Source of the DNA: Lachnospiraceae bacterium
Lineage (GTDB): Bacteria > Bacillota > Clostridia > Lachnospirales > Lachnospiraceae
NCBI GenBank assembly: GCA_024399135.1
Contig: JAKSHY010000002.1
Span: 116,238-140,237, forward strand
DNA length: 24,000 nt
Direction: 5' to 3'
Below the pieces are notes generated by a model. It searched no databases. It worked only from the letters and a program-made list of their open reading frames with translations, and was not told the DNA's origin. The position numbers were made by a program, and so were the translations under genes. This document shows positions 22,872-24,000 of this stretch, piece by piece. Numbering within the stretch: position 1 is the first letter of the stretch; each line of letters opens with the position of its first letter.

Positions 22872-24000
22872 ATGGCAAACGGATTTTTATCAGCTTTAAT
22901 GCCTATATTAAGCATTATCGCAGCAGTTGTAGTTGTTATTTTACTTATAGTAATTATATTTAAATTTTGCTATAAGACATGCCCACCAAACAAGGCTATG
23001 GTAGTAACCGGTCCAACTGGTGCATCTACTGTAATAGGAAAAGCCAAACTCATTATTCCAATCATTCAGAGAGTTGACTATATGTCACTTGAAAATATCC
23101 AGGTTGATTTCACATCAAGAGATGAAATTCCAACACGAGATGCAATTAACGTATTGGTAGACGCAGTTGCCAACATGGCTATTGACCAGGATCCAGAAGT
23201 GTTAAAAACAGCATCTTCCAAATTCCTTGGATATTCAACAAAAGATATTCAGGAAATCGTTACTCCTATTCTTGAGGGTAATATTCGTGAAATTATCTCT
23301 CAGACCACATTAAAGGATCTCATTCAGGGAGATAAAAAAGAGTTCGCTGAAAGAGTCGTTGAAAATGTAAGCCCTAACTTAAGAGATATGGGACTTAAAT
23401 TAACAACCTTCAACATTCAGAACTTCAAGGATAAGAATGGTGTAATCGACAATCTCGGTATTGAAAATACTGAGCAGATCAGAAAGGATGCTGCTATTGC
23501 AGCTGCCAAGGCAAAATCTGAAATTGCCATAGCTCAGGCACAGGCAGACAAGGATGCTAATGATGCTCAGGTTGCTGCTGAAACAGATATGGCTTCCAAG
23601 CAGAATGAACTTGCTATTAAGAAGGCCGAATTAAAGAAGCAGTCTGATATTGAAATAGCAAAAGCTGAAGCTGCTAAGGGTATCGAAGCTGAAGCTCAGC
23701 GTAGAGAACAGGAAATTGCAACAGCAAATGCTAACCTTGCCCGTCAGGAAAAGGAAATTGATTTAAAGGAACGCGAAGTTAAAATTACAGAGCGTCAGTT
23801 AGAAGCTGAAATCAAGAAAAAGGCTGAAGCTGAAAAATATGCTGCACAGCAGTCTGCTGATGCCAAGTTATATGAAACTCAAAGAAAATCTGAGGCTGAA
23901 TTATTCGAAAGACAAAAGAAGGCTGAAGCTGAAAAATTCGAAGCAATTCAGAAGGCTGATGCTCAGAAAGCTCTCGCTGATGCTATTAAGGCTCAGGGTA
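22872..24000 (+). CDS. Flotillin / SPFH (band 7) domain protein, 3'-truncated by the window edge
   Basis: Not in the ORF track because no stop is reached. My translation is open from the ATG at 22872 to the edge. It shows an N-terminal TM (ALMPILSIIAAVVVVILLIVIIF), an SPFH core (KAMVVTGP...IIPIIQRVDYMSLENIQVDF...) and a long EA/K-rich flotillin repeat region. Confidence 0.85.
   Translation, partial: MANGFLSALMPILSIIAAVVVVILLIVIIFKFCYKTCPPNKAMVVTGPTGASTVIGKAKLIIPIIQRVDYMSLENIQVDFTSRDEIPTRDAINVLVDAVANMAIDQDPEVLKTASSKFLGYSTKDIQEIVTPILEGNIREIISQTTLKDLIQGDKKEFAERVVENVSPNLRDMGLKLTTFNIQNFKDKNGVIDNLGIENTEQIRKDAAIAAAKAKSEIAIAQAQADKDANDAQVAAETDMASKQNELAIKKAELKKQSDIEIAKAEAAKGIEAEAQRREQEIATANANLARQEKEIDLKEREVKITERQLEAEIKKKAEAEKYAAQQSADAKLYETQRKSEAELFERQKKAEAEKFEAIQKADAQKALADAIKAQG

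Noticed and set aside
1-24000. Search by eye for tRNA/rRNA genes, CRISPR repeat-spacer arrays, IS elements, integrases, and shufflon-type silent hsdS copies
   Set aside because: I found none. There are no regularly spaced 25-40-bp repeats, no T-arm/anticodon-arm patterns, no DDE/tyrosine/serine recombinase motifs, and only one hsdS gene. The 1320-1334 hairpin has a 3-nt loop and is not a tRNA T-arm.
23480-24000. Repetitive GCTGAAGCT / AAGGCTGAAGCTGAAAAAT DNA at the right edge, considered as a possible tandem repeat or low-complexity element
   Set aside because: It encodes the in-frame EA/K-rich (KKAEAEK...) coiled-coil repeats characteristic of flotillins, so it is explained by the CDS.

Overview
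This is a low-GC, Firmicutes/Clostridia-like chromosomal segment. Every gene lies on the minus strand except the last one.

Left half (about 1-12,830): a defence island. It is built around one long type I restriction-modification operon, in the order fic, hsdM, P-loop ATPase, hsdS, 112-aa membrane/coiled-coil protein, 174-aa SieB-like membrane protein, hsdR, 674-aa orphan protein with a coiled coil and two C-terminal TM helices. Gene junctions are very short or overlapping. Five of the eight genes are not needed for a canonical type I system. The four inserted ones are my main candidates for an undescribed, RM-coupled defence or 'guard' module.

Downstream of the operon I see, in order:
- a spacer of about 130 nt that is compositionally foreign (near 50% GC) and rich in hairpins;
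- four exactly 10-bp-phased GTAACA decamers;
- a DUF1524/HNH (GmrSD-type) ORF that seems to lack its DUF262 half.

The operon promoter region carries four TTCGTCA(T/A) boxes, two of them forming a palindrome. The 12,840-13,327 gap looks like decayed DNA with small ORFs.

Right half: ordinary membrane and transport genes. These are a DUF1349 protein, a translationally coupled five-gene ABC ATPase / 2x ABC-2 permease / CPBP protease / membrane protein operon, an NhaC-family antiporter, a multi-TM GGDEF diguanylate cyclase, a CPA-type cation/H+ antiporter, and a plus-strand flotillin gene that runs off the right edge.

I found no tRNA, rRNA, CRISPR array, integrase or transposase. All family assignments come from motif recognition by eye and have not been checked by database search.
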